Below, piece after piece: positions 48,436 through 48,677 of a stretch of 48,677 nt of DNA; within the stretch, counting starts at the first letter, position 1, and every line of letters begins with the position of its first letter. The notes under the pieces were generated by a model, which was given only the letters and a program-made list of their open reading frames with translations, ran no database searches and was not told the origin of the DNA. The translations under genes and the position numbers were made by a program. The stretch comes from Candidatus Collierbacteria bacterium GW2011_GWA2_42_17. GTDB taxonomy: Bacteria > Patescibacteriota > Microgenomatia > UBA1400 > MFAQ01. The stretch lies in the NCBI GenBank assembly GCA_000998275.1, contig LCDA01000006.1, positions 1 through 48,677 on the forward strand. Direction: 5' to 3'.

Positions 48436-48677
48436 ATGTACTATCGTAAAACAAGAAATCTATTTGATCCCGGATCAAGTGACCCAATAAAACTAAGTCG
48501 TTCCAAGATAGAACTTTTCACAACATGTCCCCGTTGTTTCTACATGGACGTCCGTTTGGGCATCTCCCGACCATCGACCCCTCCCTACACTCTAAACTCC
48601 GCCGTCGACAATCTTCTCAAAAACGAATTTGACCTACTTCGAAAGAACGGAGAAGCTCACGAACTCATGAAAAAGTA
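48436..48677 (+). CDS. Second PD-(D/E)XK nuclease-family protein, truncated by the window end (not in the ORF track)
   Basis: Manual translation: MYYRKTRNLFDPGSSDPIKLSRSKIELFTTCPRCFYMDVRLGISRPSTPPYTLNSAVDNLLKNEFD...; the LS.S.I.....CPRCFY start is typical of RecB-like nucleases. Confidence 0.7.
   Translation, partial: MYYRKTRNLFDPGSSDPIKLSRSKIELFTTCPRCFYMDVRLGISRPSTPPYTLNSAVDNLLKNEFDLLRKNGEAHELMKK

Overview
Core-chromosome segment of a small-genome bacterium, most likely Patescibacteria/CPR (Microgenomates-like). That placement is inferred from DUF4012, a dcw cluster without Mur ligases, near-absence of Shine-Dalgarno sites and dense packing. Gene order: DUF4012, recO, a hypothetical protein, glmS, a reduced dcw cluster (mraZ-rsmH-ftsL-ftsI-dgkA-mraY-ftsW-murG-ftsQ-like-ftsA-ftsZ), small accessory genes, ileS-rodA, rplU-methyltransferase-rpmA-parB, lepB, tRNA-Val(CAC), a secreted alpha/beta hydrolase, a 10-gene surface-glycan locus, tRNA-Gly(CCC), then housekeeping genes (gmk, two PD-(D/E)XK nucleases, hpf, ferredoxin, DUF2130, pyk). 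The most notable signals are non-coding: (1) an unassigned ~260-nt structured RNA candidate with its own sigma70 promoter at ~18409-18667; (2) an ileS T-box combining an actinobacterial-type ultrashort Stem I with a transcriptional terminator; (3) a variant glmS ribozyme; (4) a window-wide leaderless promoter architecture. ftsW and DUF2130 appear to carry internal deletions, which could be real or assembly errors. No CRISPR array, integrase or transposase was seen. All calls come from motif reading by eye; no searches were run.
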